Assembly (NCBI GenBank): GCA_035501395.1
Contig: DATJWK010000020.1
Span: 3,851-67,850 of the forward strand
Direction: 5' to 3'
Source of the DNA: Puia sp.
Lineage (GTDB): Bacteria > Bacteroidota > Bacteroidia > Chitinophagales > Chitinophagaceae
Length of the DNA stretch: 64,000 nucleotides
The notes under the pieces were generated by a model. It saw only the letters and a program-made list of their open reading frames with translations. It was not told the DNA's origin and searched no databases. Below, one piece after another: positions 49,944 through 58,141 of this stretch. Both the position numbers and the translations under genes were made by a program. Numbering within the stretch: the stretch's first letter is position 1; each line of letters begins with the position of its first letter.

Positions 49944-49956
49944 TTCGCAATATACG

Positions 49957-50613
49957 TCAATGAACGCTACCGTCCTGCACTTTAATCTTATGTTTGCCGG
50001 CTTTTTTCTCGAATTCGAGCACTTCCTTTGGCTTGGCGACCGCCTGGGTGGAATCGGGCATCGCCCGCTGGCCGGCTTGCGATTTTTCCAGTTTCCCCAG
50101 ATCCCAGGTTTCTGTCCGGATAACGGTTCCGGTAAACGCATCATAGAATTTCCAGGTTCCGTCCTTTATGGCGGCGCCCGTATTCTTAATGATCACCGTC
50201 CTGTATTTGTCAAGGTGCTCGACGTCTTCTACGACAAGCGTATCGTAAAGCTTGTTCGGGTTAAGCGCGACCCAGCTTTCTTCGCGCTGCAAGGTGCCGT
50301 TGATACCAAAGTATTGGCAAATCCCGGCTTTGTTGCCCCATTTGTATTGTTCGATCCCGATCAGATCGCCCTGCAGGCTGAACAACTTCCAGACACCTTC
50401 TTTTTTGTCGTCCTTGTAAATGCCTTGTTCTTCAAATCCCGGTTCACCGCGGATCTCGTCGTAATGGTTCACCCATTTCCCCTGCTTCCGGTTTTGCTGG
50501 TCGACGCCGTTCAGCGTATCGCCATGCGGACCGATCGTATAGTCTTTCAACTGGGACCGGGCGCTAAGGCCGGCGAGTTGAGCGATAATGAGGAAGAAGA
50601 GGATCTGACGCAT
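49957..50613 (-). CDS. Hypothetical exported protein with MORN-variant/YwqK-like repeats
   Basis: KQGKWV, KKEGVWKLF, KDGTWKFY repeats; signal peptide. Confidence 0.7.
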   Translation of the reverse strand: MRQILFFLIIAQLAGLSARSQLKDYTIGPHGDTLNGVDQQNRKQGKWVNHYDEIRGEPGFEEQGIYKDDKKEGVWKLFSLQGDLIGIEQYKWGNKAGICQYFGINGTLQREESWVALNPNKLYDTLVVEDVEHLDKYRTVIIKNTGAAIKDGTWKFYDAFTGTVIRTETWDLGKLEKSQAGQRAMPDSTQAVAKPKEVLEFEKKAGKHKIKVQDGSVH

Positions 50614-50681
50614 ACCGTAAATCTAACGAAAATCGTTCCAATTTATTGAGTAGCTTATATTTGCGTACTCAATTGATTGAC

Positions 50682-51317
50682 ATGAAAATATACATTGGGC
50701 TCATGATGGTTGTTTTTTTTGGGTTTAGGGCCGGGGCGCAAATGACGATTCGCCAGATGAAAGACGAATTGGAAAAGTCGCCGAACCCGATCCTGTATGC
50801 AAAGGAAGTGCTCAAAAAACGCTTTAAGATCGACACGATCACGATTAGCCAAACCGCGCATTTTGGCGGCCTGGCAGATAGTCTGGCGTATCGCGGAAAG
50901 GAGAGAAAGGTTTATGGGCCTTATGGTCCGAAGGATGGCCGGTTCCTCGTCCAGGTGCTGAGTAAAGCGCCCAATACCTTCTATCACATCAGTCAGATCT
51001 TTATCGACACGTCGGTCTTTAGCTACCGGATCGCCGACTCCATCGGGAATGTCATCCTGAAAAAGTTGAAGGATGGGACGGCGACCTTTGAGGATATGGC
51101 GAGGACCTATGCGATCGGCCGCGATGCCGCGTCCGGCGGAGATGTGGGATGGGTGGCGCGGGGCGCAATGTTCCCGGTAGTGGAGCATGAGATCGCCACG
51201 CACAAAAAAGGGGAGGCTTTCAAGCTGTGGACGAGGGCAGGGCTGAATATTATGCGAAAGGATGACGACGCCCGGCAGGACGCGGGGTTTGCGCTGATGA
51301 TGCAGGTTTTTTTGTAG
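50682..51317 (+). CDS. Parvulin-like peptidyl-prolyl isomerase domain protein
   Basis: TFEDMARTYA..SGGDVGWV...M pattern; signal peptide. Confidence 0.7.
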   Translation: MKIYIGLMMVVFFGFRAGAQMTIRQMKDELEKSPNPILYAKEVLKKRFKIDTITISQTAHFGGLADSLAYRGKERKVYGPYGPKDGRFLVQVLSKAPNTFYHISQIFIDTSVFSYRIADSIGNVILKKLKDGTATFEDMARTYAIGRDAASGGDVGWVARGAMFPVVEHEIATHKKGEAFKLWTRAGLNIMRKDDDARQDAGFALMMQVFL

Positions 51318-51330
51318 GATGACCTGCGTT

Positions 51331-52044
51331 CTATTTCATCAGCAGTTTGACCGCCAGTCCGGTGAAAATGGCGATGCCTATACTCAGCAAGGTCCCGATC
51401 ACCAGGTATTCCGTTTTTATTTCCTGCCGGTCTTTTTCGCTAAACCGGATGATACCCTTTGCGGTGACGAGCAGACCGATCGCGGAATACTGGCCCTGCA
51501 GGACGAGTACCAGGACGATAATCCGTTCGGCGATCCCGATCCATTTACCCGCATTGACAAGGCTGTTCTCCGGATCATCGATCCTTCTGCTCCATTGTCT
51601 GGTTAGTTCGCCGATAAGAATACCCGCGGGAGCCGTTACAAAAACAAAACCTGCCGTTATCAGCCAGGCATTGCTGTCGGTATCCAGCCGCCGGCGCAAA
51701 TCATCCCAAATTCCGGGGTACCGGAATGTCAGGAACCAGCAGACGCCGATAACGCCGAGGTGTAGCAGCTGATCGATCAGGAAATAACGGATCGTGCGGG
51801 GCCGGTAGGATTTCCAGACGTCGATAAAAAAGTGCGTGACGAGAATAGTGAGGGCAACCGCCCAATAACGCCAGCCGATGAAGATGTAAGCCAGCCCGGC
51901 GGTCAGAAGCGCATGCACGTAGAGTTTTGGGGAAGCAAAATGCTTCCTGCAACGCTCGTCGACCCATGCTGCAGGCTGCAGGATAAAGTCGGTCAGCAGA
52001 TGGGACAGGATCAGCCTGATCAGCCATATGGTTCCGGGTATCAT
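51331..52044 (-). CDS. DUF3307-family multi-pass membrane protein
   Basis: HLLTDFILQP, LYVH, THFFID, IDQLLH; C-terminal GKWIGIAER, AKGIIRF, EYLVIGTLLS; ATGA overlap with the upstream gene. Confidence 0.85.
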   Translation of the reverse strand: MIPGTIWLIRLILSHLLTDFILQPAAWVDERCRKHFASPKLYVHALLTAGLAYIFIGWRYWAVALTILVTHFFIDVWKSYRPRTIRYFLIDQLLHLGVIGVCWFLTFRYPGIWDDLRRRLDTDSNAWLITAGFVFVTAPAGILIGELTRQWSRRIDDPENSLVNAGKWIGIAERIIVLVLVLQGQYSAIGLLVTAKGIIRFSEKDRQEIKTEYLVIGTLLSIGIAIFTGLAVKLLMK

Positions 52045-52682
52045 GATAGTAGTTCGGTCATTTTCGTGTATTGCTGAAGTATCCTTTCGATCGCCGGCCA
52101 CCTTCCGGCATTTGCCAGCTCGGATATGGTGCTCTTGGCTTTCTCGAGCGACAGCGCCAGTTGCTGCTGCGTCACTCCCTTTAACAGGTTTGCGATGACA
52201 TCGGCCTGCTTCGCGGTCATTTCCTGGAAAATGCTGTCGAGATAGTCCGCCATGGTCTGAAACCCGATATCCGCCATTTGGTTGCCGCTGACGATGGAAA
52301 GACGGCGTTCCGTTGCCTGCAGCTTGTCCAGTTCCCTGCCGGATAGCACAAAGGCCTCGCCCTTTGCAGATCCTGGTGCATGAACAGGCGCGGTTACCTC
52401 GCCGATTCCGATGGCGATCCGGATATCCCCCCGGGCCGCTCCGTCTTCCCTGGTGGTTATTTCGATTGCCACGGCCCTGCAGGCCAGCGCCAGCTGCAGC
52501 GCTTTTGAAGGCTCTTTTACATACGCCTGAAAACTGTCACCGCGGTAGAATTCGTGCGGATGCTCCTGCAGAAGCCCGGCCAGCACTTCCAGCAGCCTGG
52601 CTTCCTGCGGCGGAGACAGGCTGGTTGAATTTACAATATCGCCGGTCAGGACGGCGCCGGGGATTCCCTTCGGTCTGCTCAT
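52041..52682 (-). CDS. SatD-family protein (class III cyclase-like core plus C-terminal HTH)
   Basis: LTGDIVNST, YRGDSFQ, IRIAIGIG, GEAFVLSGR; HTH TQQQLALSLEKAKSTISE. Confidence 0.8.
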   Translation of the reverse strand: MSRPKGIPGAVLTGDIVNSTSLSPPQEARLLEVLAGLLQEHPHEFYRGDSFQAYVKEPSKALQLALACRAVAIEITTREDGAARGDIRIAIGIGEVTAPVHAPGSAKGEAFVLSGRELDKLQATERRLSIVSGNQMADIGFQTMADYLDSIFQEMTAKQADVIANLLKGVTQQQLALSLEKAKSTISELANAGRWPAIERILQQYTKMTELLS

Positions 52683-52688
52683 AGCTCT

Positions 52689-52794
52689 GTTCGGTTGTTT
52701 CACCGAATTTGGTCAAAGTTCGGTATTTTTACCGAATATTGCAAGAGTTCGCCAATTTTACCGAATTTTTATACAGTTCGCCATTTTTACCGAA
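52689..52794. repeat. Four 19-bp palindromic direct repeats, 29-bp period, 10-bp variable spacers
   Basis: GTTCGGTTGTTTCACCGAA (52689), GTTCGGTATTTTTACCGAA (52718), GTTCGCCAATTTTACCGAA (52747), GTTCGCCATTTTTACCGAA (52776). Confidence 0.95.
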
Positions 52795-53214
52795 CTAGTC
52801 GCCGATAAAGAACCGAAGCGCCAGTTCGTATCCTTTCAGGCCCAGGCCGGCGATCGTACCCTTTGCCTTCGCCGATACATACGAGAGGCGGCGGAATTCT
52901 TCCCGCGCGTTGACATTGCTGATGTGAACTTCGATAACCGGCGCTTTGATGGCCGCAATGGCATCGCCGATCGCAACGGAAGTATGGGTATAGCCACCGG
53001 GGTTCAGGAGAATACCGTCCGAGGAAAATCCGACGCGCTGCAGCTCATCGATCAGTTCGCCTTCGACGTTACTCTGGAAATAACTAAAGGTGATCGAGGC
53101 GTATTTCCTGACAAGCTCCGCATAGTATTGCTCGAAGGTCTGGCTGCCATATACTTCAGGTTCCCGCGTACCCAGCAGGTTCAGATTCGGACCGTTGATG
53201 ATGGCAATACGCAT
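52795..53214 (-). CDS. aroQ: Type II 3-dehydroquinate dehydratase
   Basis: INGPNLNLLGTREPEVYG, QSNVEG, NPGGYTHTS, EVHISN. Confidence 0.97.
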   Translation of the reverse strand: MRIAIINGPNLNLLGTREPEVYGSQTFEQYYAELVRKYASITFSYFQSNVEGELIDELQRVGFSSDGILLNPGGYTHTSVAIGDAIAAIKAPVIEVHISNVNAREEFRRLSYVSAKAKGTIAGLGLKGYELALRFFIGD

Positions 53215-53219
53215 GGCGG

Positions 53220-54320
53220 TCAGGAGTTGGCTTTTATCAATTGGATGAATTCGTCGAACAGGTAGCGGCTATCGTGGGGCCCGGGGGTGGCTTCGGGGTG
53301 ATATTGCACGGAAAAGGCGGGGCGGTCTTTCAACCGGATGCCTTCGATCGACTCGTCGTTCAGGTTAACATGGGTGATCTCCACATTGGCGGTTTTCCGG
53401 ACAGCTGTCGGGTCAACGCCAAATCCGTGATTTTGGGTGGTAATTTCGCAACGACCGGTGACCAGGTTCTTTACCGGATGGTTTAGCCCGCGATGACCGT
53501 GGTGCATCTTAAAGGTCGGGATATCGTTTGCCAGCGCCAGCAGCTGATGTCCAAGGCAGATGCCGAATAGCGGCTTCTTCTCTTTCAGGATCTCTTTTAC
53601 GGTAGGGATAGCGTAGTCCATCGGTGCAGGGTCGCCGGGGCCGTTGGACAGAAAGTAGCCGCTCGGGCGGAATTCCCGGAGCCGGGATAGCGGCGTTCTG
53701 GCCGGAAAGACTTTTACGTATGCTCCTCTTTCGATCATGCACTGCAGGATATGCTGTTTGACGCCATAATCCAGCACGGCAATCCGGAGGGGCGACGCGG
53801 GATCGCCGAGTTCGTATTCCTTGTCGGTGCTGACGACGGACGCCAGTTCCAGTCCGTCCATGCACGGCGTGGCGGCGAGGACGGACCTTAGTTCCTGCAG
53901 GTCGGTGATCTCCGAGGAGATCACGCAGTTCATGGCTCCTTTGACCCGCACATGGGCGACAAGCGAGCGGGTGTCCACTTCTTCGATGCAGACGATATGG
54001 TTGGATTTCAAATACTCGTCGAGGCTGCCTTTCGCCATCAGCCGCGAGAACTGGTCTTCCAGGTTCCGGCCGATCAGGCCCCGGATCTTTACGCCCGCCG
54101 ATTCGACGTCGGTGTCCCTGACGCCATAGTTACCGATGTGCACGCTGTTCATGATCAGCACCTGCCCGTAATAGCTCGGGTCGGTGAAGACCTCCTGGTA
54201 TCCCGTCATGCCGGTATTGAAACAAATCTCGCCGGAGGTGGTGCCGCGTTTGCCAAAGGCTTTACCATAATGAACGGTGCCATCTTCGAGCATCAGGATG
54301 GCGGGAGACGTGGTAGACAT
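53220..54320 (-). CDS. carA: Carbamoyl-phosphate synthase small subunit
   Basis: FNTGMTGYQE, SNGPGDP, GICLGHQ, SVQYHPEA. Confidence 0.97.
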   Translation of the reverse strand: MSTTSPAILMLEDGTVHYGKAFGKRGTTSGEICFNTGMTGYQEVFTDPSYYGQVLIMNSVHIGNYGVRDTDVESAGVKIRGLIGRNLEDQFSRLMAKGSLDEYLKSNHIVCIEEVDTRSLVAHVRVKGAMNCVISSEITDLQELRSVLAATPCMDGLELASVVSTDKEYELGDPASPLRIAVLDYGVKQHILQCMIERGAYVKVFPARTPLSRLREFRPSGYFLSNGPGDPAPMDYAIPTVKEILKEKKPLFGICLGHQLLALANDIPTFKMHHGHRGLNHPVKNLVTGRCEITTQNHGFGVDPTAVRKTANVEITHVNLNDESIEGIRLKDRPAFSVQYHPEATPGPHDSRYLFDEFIQLIKANS

Positions 54321-54349
54321 GGAAGATGAAAAATTTGGCGAAATTACGT

Positions 54350-54380
54350 AAAAAGGCCGGACTTTTTGCAAGGTCCGGCC
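54350..54380 (-). terminator. Intrinsic terminator after rplQ
   Basis: GGCCGGACC-loop-AGTCCGGCC followed by TTTTT. Confidence 0.8.
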
Positions 54381-54403
54381 AAAGATATGGTTGTTGCGAG
54401 AAC

Positions 54404-54886
54404 TTATTTCGATTCTTTCTCTTCGGTTTTTTCCTCCTTCGGCGCGGCGGTCTTCTTTTTGCCACCTGCGCGGCGGGTACGTTTAGCTGTTGCCTCCTTG
54501 GCTTCGCCCTTGCCTTTGCCATAAATCTCGTTGAAGTCCACCAGTTCGATCAGTGCGGTCTCGGCGTTGTCGCCGACGCGGGTACCCAACTTGATGATCC
54601 GGGTGTATCCGCCCGGCCGGCCGCCAACTTTTGCGGCGACGGTGGTGAACAATTCGGTAATGGCCTCCTTGTCGTTGAGATAGCTGAATACGACGCGGCG
54701 CTGATGGGTGGTGTTGTCCTTTGATTTTGTGATCAGCGGCTCTATATAAGTCCGCAGGGCTTTGGCTTTTGCCAGCGTGGTAACGATCCGCTTGTGCGCG
54801 ATCAGCTGGCAGGCCAGGTTGCTCAGCAGCGCACCGCGGTGAGCGGCGGTCCGGCCGAGATTTTTGATTTTGTCTCCGTGACGCAT
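54404..54886 (-). CDS. rplQ: 50S ribosomal protein L17
   Basis: [25 protein letters not shown]; Lys-rich C-terminal tail. Confidence 0.97.
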   Translation of the reverse strand: MRHGDKIKNLGRTAAHRGALLSNLACQLIAHKRIVTTLAKAKALRTYIEPLITKSKDNTTHQRRVVFSYLNDKEAITELFTTVAAKVGGRPGGYTRIIKLGTRVGDNAETALIELVDFNEIYGKGKGEAKEATAKRTRRAGGKKKTAAPKEEKTEEKESK

Positions 54887-54942
54887 GACTGTTGATTTGA
54901 ACCCCACACCGTGTCAGGAATTGTGGGGTTTTATTAATAAAA

Positions 54943-55938
54943 TTATTCGTCGTCTACCTTAAGTTTGCCGAGGTCCATGCCGAAATGCAGGCCTCTTTCG
55001 CCCAGCACCTGTTCGATCTCCGCCAGCGACTTCTGGCCGAAGTTGCGGAACTTCATCAGGTCTTCCTGCTCGTAGGTTACGAGTTCGCTAAGACTGTTGA
55101 TCTTGGCTGCTTTCAGACAGTTGAACGCGCGAACGGAAAGATCGAGGTCTTCCAGCGGGGTCTTCAGGATCTTGCGAAGCTGGAGGGTTTGCTCGTCCAC
55201 GAGGTCTTCCTTCTTCTCTTCCTTATTGTCAAAGGTGATGTTCTCGTCGGTGATGATCATCAGATGCTGGATCAGGATCCGGGAAGCTTGTTTGACAGCC
55301 TCTTCGGGGTGGATCGTGCCATCCGTCGACACTTCCATGATCAGCTTTTCGAAGTCGGTGCGCTGCTCGACACGGGTATTCTCGATAGAATACTTCACGT
55401 TCTTTATCGGGGTAAATATCGCGTCGGTCGGGATATAACCAAATGGCGCATCTTTCGGCTTGTTGTCTTCCGCGGGAACGTACCCACGGCCTTTGCCGAT
55501 GGTGATCTCGATGTCCAGCTTCGCGGAGTTGTCCAGGGTACAGATCAGGAGGCCCGGGTTCATGACCTCAAAGCTGGCCGTAGCTTCACCCAGGGTACCT
55601 GCCGTGAATTCGGTCCTGTTCTTCAGGCTCAACGTTATCTTTTCCTGTGTCACTTCATGCTCCACCTTCTTTTTGAAACGGACTTGTTTCAGGTTAAGGA
55701 TGATTTCCACCACGTCTTCCGTAACTCCCTTCAGGGTAGCAAATTCATGATCCGCTCCCTCGATCTTCACCCCGATGATCGCGTAACCTTCGAGCGAACT
55801 CAGCAATACCCTGCGCAAAGCATTGCCGATGGTGACGCCATAACCCGGCTCCAAAGGACGGAACTCGAATTGTGCTTCAAAGTCGGTCGCCTTTTGAAGA
55901 ATGATCTTGTCTGGTTTCTGAAAATTTAAAATGGCCAT
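54943..55938 (-). CDS. rpoA: RNA polymerase alpha subunit
   Basis: PLEPGYGVTIGNALRRVLLSS, GRGYVPA, LSVRAFNCLK. Confidence 0.98.
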   Translation of the reverse strand: MAILNFQKPDKIILQKATDFEAQFEFRPLEPGYGVTIGNALRRVLLSSLEGYAIIGVKIEGADHEFATLKGVTEDVVEIILNLKQVRFKKKVEHEVTQEKITLSLKNRTEFTAGTLGEATASFEVMNPGLLICTLDNSAKLDIEITIGKGRGYVPAEDNKPKDAPFGYIPTDAIFTPIKNVKYSIENTRVEQRTDFEKLIMEVSTDGTIHPEEAVKQASRILIQHLMIITDENITFDNKEEKKEDLVDEQTLQLRKILKTPLEDLDLSVRAFNCLKAAKINSLSELVTYEQEDLMKFRNFGQKSLAEIEQVLGERGLHFGMDLGKLKVDDE

Positions 55939-56004
55939 ATTTAAATTTACGATTTAGCTTTTTTACAACCGCGAACCCGCTGTTGGGGCGGGCGCTATGG
56001 TTCC

Positions 56005-56610
56005 TTACTTGGAATACAACTCAACAATCAACTGCTCCTTTATGTTCTCCGGTACGCTTTCCCGCTCGGGCCAGGTGATGAACGTTCCTTTGAATTCGGC
56101 TTCCGACCAATCCAGCCAGTTGAATTTGGCGTTCTTCCCGCGCATCTGGCTGGTCAGCGCCGTATTGCCGCGCGAAGACTCCTTGAGGCTGATGATGTCA
56201 CCCGGACGCAACTGGAAAGAGGGCACGTTGACCACTTCCCCGTTGACGGTGATATGTTTGTGGGCAACGAGCTGACGTGCGGCGGGACGGGAAGGGGCGA
56301 TACCCAGACGAAAGACGGTATTGTCGAGGCGGCTCTCCAGCAGCTTGATGAGGGTCTCACCGGTAACGCCTTTCCGCCGGTTCGCTTCATCGAATGTCTT
56401 GCGGAACTGGCGCTCGAGCACTCCGTAAGTGTACTTCGCCTTCTGTTTTTCCTTTAGCTGTAGAGCGTATTCTCCGGGAGCCTTGCGTTTCTTTGTACCG
56501 CCGTGTTGGCCGGGAGGATTGCTGGTCTTTGTTAAATACTTGCCATTTCCCAGGATGGGTTCGCCAAAAATGCGGGAAATTCTGGTCTTTGGACCGGTGT
56601 AACGTGCCAT
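56005..56610 (-). CDS. rpsD: 30S ribosomal protein S4
   Basis: MARYTGP, QLKEKQK, LESRLDN, ARQLVAH. Confidence 0.98.
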   Translation of the reverse strand: MARYTGPKTRISRIFGEPILGNGKYLTKTSNPPGQHGGTKKRKAPGEYALQLKEKQKAKYTYGVLERQFRKTFDEANRRKGVTGETLIKLLESRLDNTVFRLGIAPSRPAARQLVAHKHITVNGEVVNVPSFQLRPGDIISLKESSRGNTALTSQMRGKNAKFNWLDWSEAEFKGTFITWPERESVPENIKEQLIVELYSK

Positions 56611-56702
56611 AACGTACTTGTTAGATTTTTAAGTTCCCGGGCTAAGCTTATCTAAAAATCTAAAAATTGAAGCTTATCCGGCTTATCATTATTGATCGAT
56701 TA

Positions 56703-57110
56703 CTATACCCTGCGTTTTTTCGGCGGACGGCAGCCGTTGTGCGGCAGCGGCGTCACGTCCTTTATCATCACCACTTCGAGGCCGTTGTTGGCGAGGGCGC
56801 GAATGGCGCTTTCGCGTCCGGAGCCCGGTCCTTTTACATAAACGTCCACTTTTTTCAACCCGGCGTCGAAGGCGGTCTTTGCCGCATCCGAGGAGGCCAT
56901 CTGGGCAGCATAGGGGGTGTTCTTCTTGGAACCCTTGAATCCCATTTTGCCGGCGCTGCTCCAGGAGATGACCTGGCCGTTCTTGTTGGTGAGGCTGATG
57001 ATGATATTGTTGAAGCTCGCGGTGATATGGGCATCCCCATAGTTGTCCACCTTGACGATCCGTTTTTTTGCAGCTGTCTTTGCGCTGCTTGTTGCCTGTG
57101 CTTTTGCCAT
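56703..57110 (-). CDS. rpsK: 30S ribosomal protein S11
   Basis: [32 protein letters not shown]. Confidence 0.98.
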   Translation of the reverse strand: MAKAQATSSAKTAAKKRIVKVDNYGDAHITASFNNIIISLTNKNGQVISWSSAGKMGFKGSKKNTPYAAQMASSDAAKTAFDAGLKKVDVYVKGPGSGRESAIRALANNGLEVVMIKDVTPLPHNGCRPPKKRRV

Positions 57111-57136
57111 ACGCTTTAAATGAGGTAGAGTATCGT

Positions 57137-57517
57137 TTATTTCTTTGCTATTTTCTTCTTCCCGGCAACGGTCTTCCGCTTGCCTTTACGCGTCCGGCTG
57201 TTGGTGCGCGTACGCTGACCGCGGACCGGCAGACCTTTCCGGTGGCGAAGACCGCGATAGCAGGCGATATCCAACAACCGCTTGATGTTCAACTGCACTT
57301 CGGAACGCAGGGCGCCTTCCACCTTGAATTCATTGGTAATGATGTTCCGGATGGCGTTCAGCTCTTCGTCGTTCCACTGGTTCACTTTCTTGTCCAAATC
57401 GATCCCAGCGGTTTTCAGAATATACTGAGCGGAGGAACGACCGATTCCGAAGATATAGGTCAGTCCTATCTCTCCTCTTTTATTTTTTGGTAAGTCAACA
57501 CCGGCAATACGAGCCAT
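57137..57517 (-). CDS. rpsM: 30S ribosomal protein S13
   Basis: [26 protein letters not shown]. Confidence 0.98.
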   Translation of the reverse strand: MARIAGVDLPKNKRGEIGLTYIFGIGRSSAQYILKTAGIDLDKKVNQWNDEELNAIRNIITNEFKVEGALRSEVQLNIKRLLDIACYRGLRHRKGLPVRGQRTRTNSRTRKGKRKTVAGKKKIAKK

Positions 57518-57620
57518 ATTCTTTTATTATATTTTTTCAATTTCCTGCTTTCGGCGGAAAAGCCGTGAATGATCGGGACCTTCGTCGGAGCTGCTTGGCC
57601 ACACTCCTCCTCCGGCCCGT

Positions 57621-57737
57621 TTAGCCTTGCCGCTGCTTGAAACGGGGGTTCTTCTTGTTGATGACATAGAGCTTCCCCTTCCTCCTCACGATCTTGCAAT
57701 CGGCGCTACGCTTTTTAATGGATGCACGAACTTTCAT
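57621..57737 (-). CDS. rpmJ: 50S ribosomal protein L36 (absent from the ORF track; lacks the full Zn-ribbon ligand set)
   Basis: Manual translation [38 protein letters not shown]. Confidence 0.97.
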   Translation of the reverse strand: MKVRASIKKRSADCKIVRRKGKLYVINKKNPRFKQRQG

Positions 57738-57744
57738 ACTTTGT

Positions 57745-57963
57745 TTATTTATACCTGAATATGATCCTTCCCCTTGTCAGATCGTACGGGCTCATTTCCA
57801 CTCCCACTTTATCTCCCGGCAAGATCCGTATATAGTTCATCCTCATTTTCCCCGAGATGGTGGCCAGTATTTCGTGACCGTTTTCCAATTTTACCTTGAA
57901 CATAGCGTTGGACAAGGCTTCCAGGATAATGCCATCTTGTTTGATGAGTGCTTGTTTCGCCAT
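57745..57963 (-). CDS. infA: Translation initiation factor IF-1
   Basis: [36 protein letters not shown]. Confidence 0.98.
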   Translation of the reverse strand: MAKQALIKQDGIILEALSNAMFKVKLENGHEILATISGKMRMNYIRILPGDKVGVEMSPYDLTRGRIIFRYK

Positions 57964-57979
57964 ACAGTTTTTGGGAGCG

Positions 57980-58010
57980 CAAAGATAGGAATAAATTGAA
58001 TTACATCAAA
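57980..58010 (-). promoter_or_regulatory. Full promoter TTTG-N19-TATCTTTG upstream of infA
   Basis: -33 box at 58007-58010 and -7 box at 57980-57987. Confidence 0.8.
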
Positions 58011-58141
58011 AAATAACTCGATCTCCGGCTCTTTTTAGTAAGAACGGGACAAAACCCGAACCGGCCCGGAAAACGTCTCTTCCGGCCGGAAAATTAGAAA
58101 ATCGGCAAAAATTACTTCAAATTATAATATGAAACCGCCGG

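Noticed and set aside
49957-50613. YwqK-like protein as an antitoxin
   Set aside because: It has a signal peptide and no adjacent toxin; MORN-variant repeats are widespread.
52689-52794. Array as a CRISPR locus
   Set aside because: 19-bp repeats with 10-bp spacers are far below CRISPR spacer length, and there are no cas genes in the window.
54404-54540. Lys/Glu-rich C-terminal extension of L17
   Set aside because: Common in Bacteroidota L17.
54985-55929. 314-aa plus-strand ORF
   Set aside because: Antisense shadow of rpoA.
57621-57737. L36 lacking zinc ligands as a zinc-starvation paralogue
   Set aside because: It sits in the core operon, and this form is usual in Bacteroidota.
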